DNA of 64,000 nucleotides from a virus. Its lineage: Duplodnaviria > Caudoviricetes. The stretch lies in the IMG/VR virus record IMGVR_UViG_3300032280_000753, positions 32,001 through 96,000 of that record. The stretch is one strand, 5' to 3'. This document shows positions 55,747-64,000 of this stretch, piece after piece. How positions within the stretch are numbered: position 1 is the stretch's first letter; the number at the start of each line of letters is the position of its first letter. The notes below the pieces were generated by a model, which ran no database searches, had not been told where the DNA came from, and worked only from the letters and a program-made list of their open reading frames with translations. Position numbers and translations under genes: made by a program.

Positions 55747-56214
55747 TCATTCTAAAATACGTATTTTTTGCAGGGATATGCCCCGACGCTTCCACATATA
55801 TCTACGCCAACGTCGCATCAATCTACGTAGCCACCAAAAAGGACGGCGCTGATATCCATCTTTCTTTTCATGGCAAGGAACACAAAGAGGCTGAACGTTA
55901 TCTGGTGTATTTGTGCCTCCTGCGTTAATAGACAAAATATGATCGAGCGTTAACTTGTTTCGCCCTTTAATGTTGCAATTGGCGCAACTCCAATTACATT
56001 TTTGCAATACTGTTAACCATTCACGAGTAGTAATCCGTCCGGTAGGATATCTCTTGTTCCTCTTAGAACGATTATTGGAACGCAGACGCAAACGTTCTGA
56101 ATTCCAACACTCTCGACATATATGTTCTGAAAATTGGGAAGCAGCCTCTTGCTTTCGCTTATCGCAAAAACACAACTGACACGTATGTTCCTTTTTTCTA
56201 AACCAATGTAGCAT
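55747..56214 (-). CDS. HNH endonuclease
   Basis: CANC...LTLDHI...GGTN...NVQPLCVPCH. Confidence 0.88.
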   Translation of the reverse strand: MLHWFRKKEHTCQLCFCDKRKQEAASQFSEHICRECWNSERLRLRSNNRSKRNKRYPTGRITTREWLTVLQKCNWSCANCNIKGRNKLTLDHILSINAGGTNTPDNVQPLCVPCHEKKDGYQRRPFWWLRRLMRRWRRYMWKRRGISLQKIRILE

Positions 56215-56654
56215 CAGTAAACAATATCCGTGGTATCGCCGTTAGGCTTAATTAGCATCTTACCATACTGTTCCTCATTGATAGTATAATAAGCCTTTCG
56301 GATGCCATAGCTATGCAAAGCGTTTTCGCAAATAGGACACGGGCGAGCCATACCTGGACTACCATCAATCTTCTTACGCCGAGCGACAAAAATTTTACAA
56401 CCTCGGAGGTTAACCTTTCCACGAGCCTTGAGAATTGCATCCTGTTCTGCATGAGTAGAAAGACAAAAATCTCTGCCACGTCCTCGGGCAAGATCCGTAT
56501 AATGCTCTACAAAAGCGTTTGTATTAACCTTGTTAAATCCAACGGAAATTACCGATCCCCCTCGGATAATAATAGCCGCCAAATGATAGTCTGCCGCATT
56601 ATCATAACGATTGTCGGTGGCATACTGCATAGCAAGTCGCAAATATCTGTGCAT
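56214..56654 (-). CDS. Zn-dependent cytidine/dCMP deaminase-fold protein
   Basis: HAE...PCPIC; TTTAAA-17-TATTAT-6-ATG. Confidence 0.85.
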   Translation of the reverse strand: MHRYLRLAMQYATDNRYDNAADYHLAAIIIRGGSVISVGFNKVNTNAFVEHYTDLARGRGRDFCLSTHAEQDAILKARGKVNLRGCKIFVARRKKIDGSPGMARPCPICENALHSYGIRKAYYTINEEQYGKMLIKPNGDTTDIVY

Positions 56655-56715
56655 AAAGGTATAATAACATATTATGAAGTTATTTTAAACCAATATATCA
56701 GAGGGCAGGTTTTCT

Positions 56716-58452
56716 CTATTTCAAAATCCAGTCAAATTGTCGCCAATACGGATTGCGAAAATCTTGTGAGCCGCCGCCGTGTTTTTGAGCATCTTGCTTA
56801 TTTTTCATATCTTGGAAATTTGCATATTCTTTAACTCCATCGGAAGTCATGACCGGAGGAAGATTAACGTTATTTTGTCCGAATTGATTTCCTGTAGGCG
56901 ACATTGTGGTATTTGACTTACTCATACCGGCGAGCATTGCCATCGTTAACGCTTTATCATCCCATGCATTAACACCTGCTGCCTCATAGAGTGAGTTACC
57001 AATTGCTAAGGCTATAATCAAATCATCGTTATAACTTTTCATAGCCTGGGCTTTATTGTTCTTCCATACGAAGGTTTTAAATTCTTCTACGGTTCTGGAT
57101 GAATATATTTTAAGACGCCGAGTTCTTATTACCGTTTCAAGCTTTGCAAGAATTTCATCACGGTTCTTTGGACCTGTTGTAAAGCCTGGTAAATCACTGG
57201 CAATATCTGCCGTAGTATAACTCATATATGCATTACTACGATGAATTTTCTCGTAATATATGTTTGGATATTGTGCCTTCTTAATATCAGTAGCAACGAT
57301 AAGACCGAATGAATTAAGTTCTGGACATAAAAGGGCTTGGTTATATTTAAATCCCAAATCCATCATCAATTCTGATAATCTTTCTGGAGGGCACTTGCCC
57401 TGATATTCACAAACCACTTCATCGGTATTTGTATCTATAACATGAAGGGTAGAATAATCATCAGCATCGCCACGGGACACGTCTCCGGAGATAATATATT
57501 TATGTCCTGCTTCGGCATATTTCCAAATCCATACGTCGCCTCGATCTCCGTATGTAGCCACAGGAACTTTCATTTGACGTTCCATGTCCTCAATAACATC
57601 ACCTGACAAGAAGTTTTCACCAGATGCTGCGAACGAGCATAAAAGTTCTTGTGCTACGCCACGTTCACCTTTGGCTGGTAAAATCTCTGCTCTTTGAGCT
57701 TCGTACCATTCCTTATCTCTTTCTGGATGAACGGTCCAAGGAAGTTCTATGCGATAGAAGTTATTTTGTCCTTTACCGGGCAAAGGTTTTCCTTCTCCAT
57801 CTTCTCCATCTTTGGCTCCGACCCAAATCTTATGGAACAGAGTTCCTACGCCAGAAGGAGAAGAGATTAGAATGGCATTACCACCGGTAGATAGGGTAGG
57901 CCAAAGACCTAACCATAAATCATCAATACCATCAACGTGGGCAGCTTCGTCAATGATTAGCAAAGATAGAGCTTCAGAACGACCTGCGTCTGTGCCAGTT
58001 GGAACAGCTTGAACTTTTGAGCCATTAGAGAACTCAAGGTATCTGACGGAACGTGCTTTAATCTGGGGCATGACAAGCCATTTAGGAAGGCTATCATACA
58101 TTCCGTTTACCTTTTTAATAAAGTTTTTTGCAACTTCAAGACGAGTAGCGATAACGAGAATATTCTTTTCACGTTGAAACAAAGCCATCCAAAGAGAATA
58201 AGCCGCAGAGAGGGTTGATAGACCCAACTGACGGCTTTTGTTTGTGATTACGAAACGATGTGATTGGAAAGCTTTTAGGCAGTTATCCTGATATGGGAAA
58301 GTTTCAAAAGGAACTGGACCTTTAACTGGATGGGATATTTTAACGTATTTAGAAATAAAATAGGATGCGTCGGTGCCACAGCGCATGATTTCTTTCATCT
58401 GTGCGGCACGATTTGGAACAGTTCCTAACGTTAAATTCTTTTTAGCGGGCAT
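56716..58452 (-). CDS. Terminase large subunit (T4 gp17-like)
   Basis: KSRQLGLST Walker A, LLIIDEAA Walker B, D(VSRG)...DYS, NDDLIIA nuclease motif. Confidence 0.97.
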   Translation of the reverse strand: MPAKKNLTLGTVPNRAAQMKEIMRCGTDASYFISKYVKISHPVKGPVPFETFPYQDNCLKAFQSHRFVITNKSRQLGLSTLSAAYSLWMALFQREKNILVIATRLEVAKNFIKKVNGMYDSLPKWLVMPQIKARSVRYLEFSNGSKVQAVPTGTDAGRSEALSLLIIDEAAHVDGIDDLWLGLWPTLSTGGNAILISSPSGVGTLFHKIWVGAKDGEDGEGKPLPGKGQNNFYRIELPWTVHPERDKEWYEAQRAEILPAKGERGVAQELLCSFAASGENFLSGDVIEDMERQMKVPVATYGDRGDVWIWKYAEAGHKYIISGDVSRGDADDYSTLHVIDTNTDEVVCEYQGKCPPERLSELMMDLGFKYNQALLCPELNSFGLIVATDIKKAQYPNIYYEKIHRSNAYMSYTTADIASDLPGFTTGPKNRDEILAKLETVIRTRRLKIYSSRTVEEFKTFVWKNNKAQAMKSYNDDLIIALAIGNSLYEAAGVNAWDDKALTMAMLAGMSKSNTTMSPTGNQFGQNNVNLPPVMTSDGVKEYANFQDMKNKQDAQKHGGGSQDFRNPYWRQFDWILK

Positions 58453-58862
58453 CAGTCAACTTCTACAAGGCAACCAAAGCGATAGTATGCCTTGCGATTA
58501 CCGGTATAATTGTAATATGATATATATTCTATATCTTCTCCAACTGTTTCTTCTTCCAAGTTAAAGTTAGGAACTTTTTGACCTGGGAATTCTTTAGCAT
58601 AATTTTCTTTTACGTTTTTAAGAGCGGCTTCAATCATAGAAATGGCTTCTTGTCTATAACGAACCATTAGCTCTCGCATCATTGTATCGGAACCAAAGTT
58701 AACAATTGTAAGGTAACGGATTTTAATTAAGCCATCATCAAGTATGTCAAATTTAATTGATTGGGTTTGATACACCCTATTGTGATTGCTGCTATCTGCG
58801 CCAAAGCTTGTATTTAAGAGCCTTGATAGATTGATGAATTTTTGATAATCTTTAACAAGCAT
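58452..58862 (-). CDS. Hypothetical protein
   Basis: TGATG-coupled to terminase; GAGG SD. Confidence 0.7.
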   Translation of the reverse strand: MLVKDYQKFINLSRLLNTSFGADSSNHNRVYQTQSIKFDILDDGLIKIRYLTIVNFGSDTMMRELMVRYRQEAISMIEAALKNVKENYAKEFPGQKVPNFNLEEETVGEDIEYISYYNYTGNRKAYYRFGCLVEVD

Positions 58863-58891
58863 ATTTGCCTCTTTTTCTAATTAGAGCCCTT

Positions 58892-59185
58892 TCACCGGAA
58901 ACTTATTGGAGAACGAGCACTTATTCTTCTTATCTCTATATATTCATCCCACTCTTCCCAATCCGGCTCTGGAAGCTTTTCAGTTTCCCAATCTACACGC
59001 CGGTCGTTTGTCCATCTACCATCACAATGAGAACAAACTCCTACCTTACGATAAGAGATGCTATCTTCAATTGTTTTCATGGGATATTGACAAACTTTGC
59101 AAAATAGAGGAACTATATTGCTTGTGTCAGTAGGTTTAACAACAATAATCTTACCGTTATGTAAGCTTTCTATCTTCTTTTCCAT
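58892..59185 (-). CDS. Small Zn-finger protein
   Basis: CKVC...CSHC. Confidence 0.65.
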   Translation of the reverse strand: MEKKIESLHNGKIIVVKPTDTSNIVPLFCKVCQYPMKTIEDSISYRKVGVCSHCDGRWTNDRRVDWETEKLPEPDWEEWDEYIEIRRISARSPISFR

Positions 59186-59201
59186 AGAAGATATTATGTT
59201 G

Positions 59202-59537
59202 TCAATTGGTCTTTTTGTTTCCCCTCATTACAACCATAGGGTTTTCCTTTATAATCCAAAACTCTTTCTCTAATGGCGGTTCTTCTCCATCCTTGAACCA
59301 CATTAGCTTTCTTCCAGCCGTAGTCTTATATACCCCTATAATGGTTATCTCACCGGCATGAACGAGATCATGACAGGAATGACATATTACAGCAAGATTG
59401 TGATTATCATTTGTGGATCTTGGATCGCATTGAGGAATGATATGATGGAGATTTAATGCAGCACTCCTATCAAAGCTACATATCTCACATTTATCTTTGA
59501 CTAACTTTTCTTGACCAGTTTTTCTTCTTTGTTTCAT
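59202..59537 (-). CDS. HNH endonuclease (possibly packaging-associated)
   Basis: CEIC...HHIIP...NLAVICHSCHDLVH; near terminase. Confidence 0.8.
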   Translation of the reverse strand: MKQRRKTGQEKLVKDKCEICSFDRSAALNLHHIIPQCDPRSTNDNHNLAVICHSCHDLVHAGEITIIGVYKTTAGRKLMWFKDGEEPPLEKEFWIIKENPMVVMRGNKKTN

Positions 59538-59599
59538 AAATGGAAAACCCAAGAGACATTATATCCCTTGGGTCTTGAATTCTAACCTATATATCTTGT

Positions 59600-59926
59600 T
59601 CAGCGGTTTGTTTTCGTCTGTTGCTTCTGAATATTAAGAGCAATACGCTCGCAACCAAGAATGGTGCTTTGAAGAGAACCATCCGTATAAGCCTCGGTCA
59701 TTAGAGAACCCAACTCACGATGCGTATCAAGGTCAATATGCATACTAAGCTCATTTAGAATACGAGCAGCCTGGGTCCAAGTTTCCTCATTGTAACCCAT
59801 GCATAGGGTTTCTTGATAAACTGCAATAAGCTCCAAAGCACGATCTGATGGACTTATCCTACGAACGTTATTGTTGCGGTTATGGTTGAAGTTTCGGTTT
59901 TTCTTGAAGTTGTTGTTCTTAATCAT
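59600..59926 (-). CDS. Hypothetical protein
   Basis: 108-aa ORF with Asn/Arg-rich N-terminus. Confidence 0.6.
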   Translation of the reverse strand: MIKNNNFKKNRNFNHNRNNNVRRISPSDRALELIAVYQETLCMGYNEETWTQAARILNELSMHIDLDTHRELGSLMTEAYTDGSLQSTILGCERIALNIQKQQTKTNR

Positions 59927-59962
59927 TTTTAAAAATCTTGTTAGAGGTTAATGTTTATAGGT

Positions 59963-60583
59963 TCAGAATTCAATTCCATCAACGTTAATTGTTTGATATG
60001 ATAACTCAACTGCGCCTTCGCTTGGCTCGGCTTTCTCATAAGCTGCGCTTCCAAAGTCAATACCTTGAATGCGAGCACCGCCAAATACCCATTCAGAACT
60101 AATGTTGCCCTTTTCATCAAGCCACTTAATAGAAACCTTAACTACATTCTTCTTACAGGCTTCAAATAACTGCTTATATGGATATAACTGATTTCCCTTG
60201 TCCGCTGGCATGGTGTAAAAATATACCATTACCGTGCTCTTCTCTTTAATAGATTGACTATTCTTGTGTTGAGCAAAAATAATCTTCGGTAACTCTACAT
60301 TCTTAATCCGAAATGCTTCTATACCTTCAAATTGAAGAACAAAACGATCTGTAAAAACTGGCGGGCCGTCAGCTTCACTTTCTTCTCCTTCTTCCTTTTC
60401 TTCAGAGGAACCCTTCTTATTCGTCTTCTTCTTTAGCTTTTCAAGATCCGTTGGAGGTCTTGGTTGAGGCTCTTCTTCAACTTCTTCTTCCTCTTCATCA
60501 ATTGGAGGAGGTGGAATGGTTACTGTTCTACCACGACTTCGTGGAACTCGGATTTGTGTCTTCTTTGTGTTAATTGCTGTCAT
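59963..60583 (-). CDS. Divergent tail-tube paralog with disordered N-terminal extension
   Basis: C-terminal ~130 aa align by eye to the 5858-6346 tube protein. Confidence 0.7.
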   Translation of the reverse strand: MTAINTKKTQIRVPRSRGRTVTIPPPPIDEEEEEVEEEPQPRPPTDLEKLKKKTNKKGSSEEKEEGEESEADGPPVFTDRFVLQFEGIEAFRIKNVELPKIIFAQHKNSQSIKEKSTVMVYFYTMPADKGNQLYPYKQLFEACKKNVVKVSIKWLDEKGNISSEWVFGGARIQGIDFGSAAYEKAEPSEGAVELSYQTINVDGIEF

Positions 60584-63500
60584 ACTTCTACTTTCGATTC
60601 TAACCCGTCGTTGTAAATGTCTATAATCTTATCTGCTACTTCTTTAATTGGGTCTACGTGTGTTATAACAAGTATTGTGCGGAAATATGATTTGAACATG
60701 GTCAACAGATCCATACATTTTATCATACTATCTTGATCAAGAGAACCAAATCCTTCATCTATTATGAAGATATCTGGGCGAGATAGACTGGATAGATTGA
60801 TAAGAGCTACTCGTAGTGCAAGAGAACATATCATCTTTTCCATTCCAGATGCCAACTCAATAATCCGTCTTGAATGGCTATCTTCTATGTATACATCCAT
60901 TACATTAGAAGATATATCAGTTTCCAAACTTACTGTGAAATCAACAACACTATCCAATATCTTCGCCAATTCCATATTAATCGCTGGCATTTGTGTCTTT
61001 AACACCATCGCTGGTATGCCATTCTTGGAAAATGCTTGTTGAACCGTCTCATATATTTTAAGCTTTTCCAAGTCAGATTTACACTCAATACGATCTTTTG
61101 TTAAAAGTTTTAGTTTTTCGTTCTTTCCACCGAGAGAAACAAACAAATCCCTTTGTTCTCGCTCCCTTGCCTCAATATTTTCTACTATAACATCAAGCGT
61201 TAATTGCCTTTTTTCAAATTCCTTACGTTCGTTAGAAGATAGCAGATCGCCAATGGTCTTTTTTTCTCCTTCAAATTTCTCCAAAGTAGATTTAATAATG
61301 GATATTTCTTTCTCCCTAACGTTCTTATCGGAAATTATCTTGTTAAGCTTCGTCTCCAACTCATATTCAAGACGTGATGCCTTTTCGTCAAGCTTGAGAC
61401 TTTCTGCAATCTTTTCTTGAATTAGAACCTCTGTAATTCTATCAAGCTCTGCAATACTCTCCTGTAGCTCATTAACTTTATTTTCCTGATTTGGACGAAG
61501 CTTTTTGTCTGCGTGACTATCCTTGATGAAACGACACGTGGGAAAGCTGTCACCACAAGGAACTGTTTCAAGACGCTTAATAGACTTCTTTTGCTGTTCA
61601 AGAGTTTCAGTCTCTTTAACAAAGGATTGCTTAAGAGAAGATAGATCATTCTTTACACGATCAAGCTTTTCAAGCTTCTCATGCAATACCTTGATATCAT
61701 ACTTTGAACGGGTAGACTTAACATCATCTAATTCATTTTTGATATTGCGAACCGTATTATCATGTTCGTCTTCAAGACGCAATAGATATGCAAGGGTCTT
61801 TTCTTTAGCTTCAATATCATTCTTAAGCTCATTAAACCGAGTTAATGAAACCGTCTGCATGACACTTTGATGCTGCATCATCCACAAACGCAGTTCATCA
61901 CGCTCTTGTAGATTGCTCTGCTGCTGTGATTGAATACTGGAAATCTTCTTTTCAATTTCTTCTACTTCTTGATGCCCACGCTTAAGAGCAGATGCCCAAT
62001 CAAAACCGATATACTTCTTGGTCTTCTCTGTTAGAACAGAATAATCATCCTTAGCATACACGTTGAGTTTATCAAAAAGCTCCAGGTCAAGGAAACGAGA
62101 CAGAATAGCCTTTCTCTGTGTGGCACCTTCTTCAATAAACTTATTTATGCCGCCCTGATTTGACAAAGCAGTCATAAGAAAATCTTGAGGTTGACCAACA
62201 AGCTTTCGGATCTCTCTATCGGTTTCATCTCTGGAAATAGAGTTCTTCTCTGTAAGAGTTCCATCCATTTCAATCTTATAAAGGTTAAGACTGGTTACTG
62301 TCTTATCATCATCCTTCTTTGTAGCCTTCTTTGGAGTATTGCGGATCGTTTCTCTCTTAACGAGATAATCTTCTCCGCCTACAGAGAACGTTAGTTCAGC
62401 AGAACAATGCTTCTTATTTTTGTTAATGATATGAGCGCCCTTAAGCGGTCCTCTGTCCGTAGTATTGAATAGAGCATACATGATAGCCGCAATGATAGAG
62501 CTCTTTCCAATCTTGTTGGGACCAAAGATACCAACAATACCTTCAAGTCCTGCAAAGTCTACTTGATTACCTTCCCCATAACGGAAAATGTTATCAAACT
62601 TAAGCTTCTTTAGGGACCAAGATACATCACGAACAGCATTGTCAATGTCTTCTTGGTTAAGACGATTGAGATAGCTACGAATGACCGTAGAAGCCTCTAC
62701 AAGCTGCTCTTCGTTTAGGACATAGCTTTCCTTGTGCGCTTCGACAAACTCTCTGTAAAGCCGGATTAGGGCGTCAGGATCGTTACGTAGATTGTTCTTG
62801 AGAACTTGTTCTCCAGTTGTTTCAATCGTTTCCATCCGATTGATAAGATCATATTTGTATACAACCTCAGAAGCACCCTTGTGCTCCTTAAGCTCATTCA
62901 AAAGTTGACGAGCCTCAACCTGCTGAATAGGTTGATTGCTAATAATACGAAAACGACTGCCTGGAATATATGAACGTTCCTTACGCTCTTTTTCGATAGA
63001 GCGCAAAGTTGTATTTACCGTTCCAGCCCAATTAACCGAAACATATGGTGCTCTATTCTCATGCTCATGGAACTCAACGTCCCATTCCTTCTCGTTCTTA
63101 ATATCCCAAACAAGAAATCCCTTTGTTTCCGCTTCACCAAAGTTCTGCTGAATAAATGAACCGGGATATCCAACCCATGGCTTAGGGGTGCCCTTCTTGT
63201 CCAAACGGTAAGCAAGAAACTGTTGCTTATGAATATCACCAAGCATTGTGAAATCCATTCCTGTAAAGAATGAAACATCACGTTCACCATGCTCCATCTT
63301 CCATTCCGTGTCCGTCTTGCAGCCACTAATAGAACCGTGAAACAAAGCAATATTAACCTTGTCTTGAATTGGCTTAATAGCCTTCCAACCATCTTCGTCA
63401 AATGGTGAAAATACGTGAAGAGCAAAACGATTACTCCCCTTCACATCACGGGGAAGAGGATACGTTCCTGACTTCTTAAAAAGATAAGCGTCTGAATGAT

Positions 63501-63810
63501 TGATAGCCTCATGAATTGGTGAAATGATATCCTGACGATCAGAGTTGGTTAGATTGCCGTCATGATTACCAAGAATTGTAATAGATGGAGCGATATCAGC
63601 AAGGCTACGAAACATCCATGAAAGCTTCTCAATAACCTCGGGCGTAATCCCTTGGGTCTTCGTATGGAATGTATCTCCAGTATTAATGATAAGGTCAGGC
63701 TTAATCCTACGCCGGAGAGTATCAAAAAGTCTTTCAAAGCTTTCTGTATATTCGTCATGACGAGCAATACCACGCCAATGGATATCCGAAATCTGAACTA
63801 TTTTTGTCAT
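60580..63810 (-). CDS. Fused Mre11/SbcD nuclease and Rad50/SbcC ATPase (T4 gp47+gp46-like)
   Basis: SDIH, GD, GNHD, GDIH phosphoesterase motifs; GPNKIGKSS, coiled coil, SGME, IDEGFG, ITH. Confidence 0.93.
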   Translation of the reverse strand: MTKIVQISDIHWRGIARHDEYTESFERLFDTLRRRIKPDLIINTGDTFHTKTQGITPEVIEKLSWMFRSLADIAPSITILGNHDGNLTNSDRQDIISPIHEAINHSDAYLFKKSGTYPLPRDVKGSNRFALHVFSPFDEDGWKAIKPIQDKVNIALFHGSISGCKTDTEWKMEHGERDVSFFTGMDFTMLGDIHKQQFLAYRLDKKGTPKPWVGYPGSFIQQNFGEAETKGFLVWDIKNEKEWDVEFHEHENRAPYVSVNWAGTVNTTLRSIEKERKERSYIPGSRFRIISNQPIQQVEARQLLNELKEHKGASEVVYKYDLINRMETIETTGEQVLKNNLRNDPDALIRLYREFVEAHKESYVLNEEQLVEASTVIRSYLNRLNQEDIDNAVRDVSWSLKKLKFDNIFRYGEGNQVDFAGLEGIVGIFGPNKIGKSSIIAAIMYALFNTTDRGPLKGAHIINKNKKHCSAELTFSVGGEDYLVKRETIRNTPKKATKKDDDKTVTSLNLYKIEMDGTLTEKNSISRDETDREIRKLVGQPQDFLMTALSNQGGINKFIEEGATQRKAILSRFLDLELFDKLNVYAKDDYSVLTEKTKKYIGFDWASALKRGHQEVEEIEKKISSIQSQQQSNLQERDELRLWMMQHQSVMQTVSLTRFNELKNDIEAKEKTLAYLLRLEDEHDNTVRNIKNELDDVKSTRSKYDIKVLHEKLEKLDRVKNDLSSLKQSFVKETETLEQQKKSIKRLETVPCGDSFPTCRFIKDSHADKKLRPNQENKVNELQESIAELDRITEVLIQEKIAESLKLDEKASRLEYELETKLNKIISDKNVREKEISIIKSTLEKFEGEKKTIGDLLSSNERKEFEKRQLTLDVIVENIEAREREQRDLFVSLGGKNEKLKLLTKDRIECKSDLEKLKIYETVQQAFSKNGIPAMVLKTQMPAINMELAKILDSVVDFTVSLETDISSNVMDVYIEDSHSRRIIELASGMEKMICSLALRVALINLSSLSRPDIFIIDEGFGSLDQDSMIKCMDLLTMFKSYFRTILVITHVDPIKEVADKIIDIYNDGLESKVEV

Positions 63811-63814
63811 TCTT

Positions 63815-64000
63815 TTATGCCTTTAGTAATTTTGATATCTTTGCCCTTAGCAAATAGTCCTTACTAAATGGTGTAACATTTCCTAATAACGAGTTAAACT
63901 GACTTTGCGTTAGCTCTCCAACATCTTTATATGGCGCAGGAATATCCATAATAGATACTGATATATCATATTCACTTAACATATCAGCAATCTTAAGAAC
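63815..64000 (-). CDS. Probable DNA primase C-terminus (partial)
   Basis: Open frame from the window end; ...PAPYKDVGE resembles the Toprim C-terminus. Confidence 0.6.
   Translation of the reverse strand, partial: VLKIADMLSEYDISVSIMDIPAPYKDVGELTQSQFNSLLGNVTPFSKDYLLRAKISKLLKA

Noticed and set aside
56716-63810. Inteins or introns in terminase or Mre11-Rad50
   Set aside because: Motif spacing is continuous, with no intein splice motifs or LAGLIDADG blocks seen.
1-64000. Stop-codon reassignment (alternative genetic code)
   Set aside because: Core genes are full length under code 11, TAA, TGA and TAG all end genes, and no suppressor tRNA was found.

Overview
64 kb segment of a large AT-rich, T4-superfamily-like myovirus (probably a jumbo phage). 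Most genes are on the minus strand. 1-31 kb is the virion module: tape measure (partial), tail chaperone with a probable frameshift partner, tail tube, two tandem tail sheaths, neck and terminator proteins, major capsid, scaffold, prohead protease and portal. 31-56 kb is accessory and rich in translation functions: seven CCA-less tRNAs, a CCA-adding enzyme, LysRS, IF-1 and TrmH, plus GroEL, Dps-like, PurA, amidoligase/GGCT, an Flp pilin and two candidate structured ncRNAs. 56-64 kb holds the terminase, HNH genes, a divergent tail-tube paralog, a fused Mre11-Rad50 and the end of a primase. Main non-obvious signals: (1) two promoter classes that repeatedly put ATG at about +1, implying widespread leaderless mRNAs, in a genome that also encodes IF-1 and an initiator-like tRNA; (2) a shared N-terminal leader ending in L/I-x-E on unrelated late proteins, including the CCA enzyme and a HAD phosphatase, suggesting capsid-packaged, protease-matured cargo such as an injected tRNA-repair kit; (3) 350-nt and 190-nt structured RNAs in the tRNA operon; (4) myxobacterial-style surface proteins. 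All protein family calls are by-eye motif recognition, not database searches.
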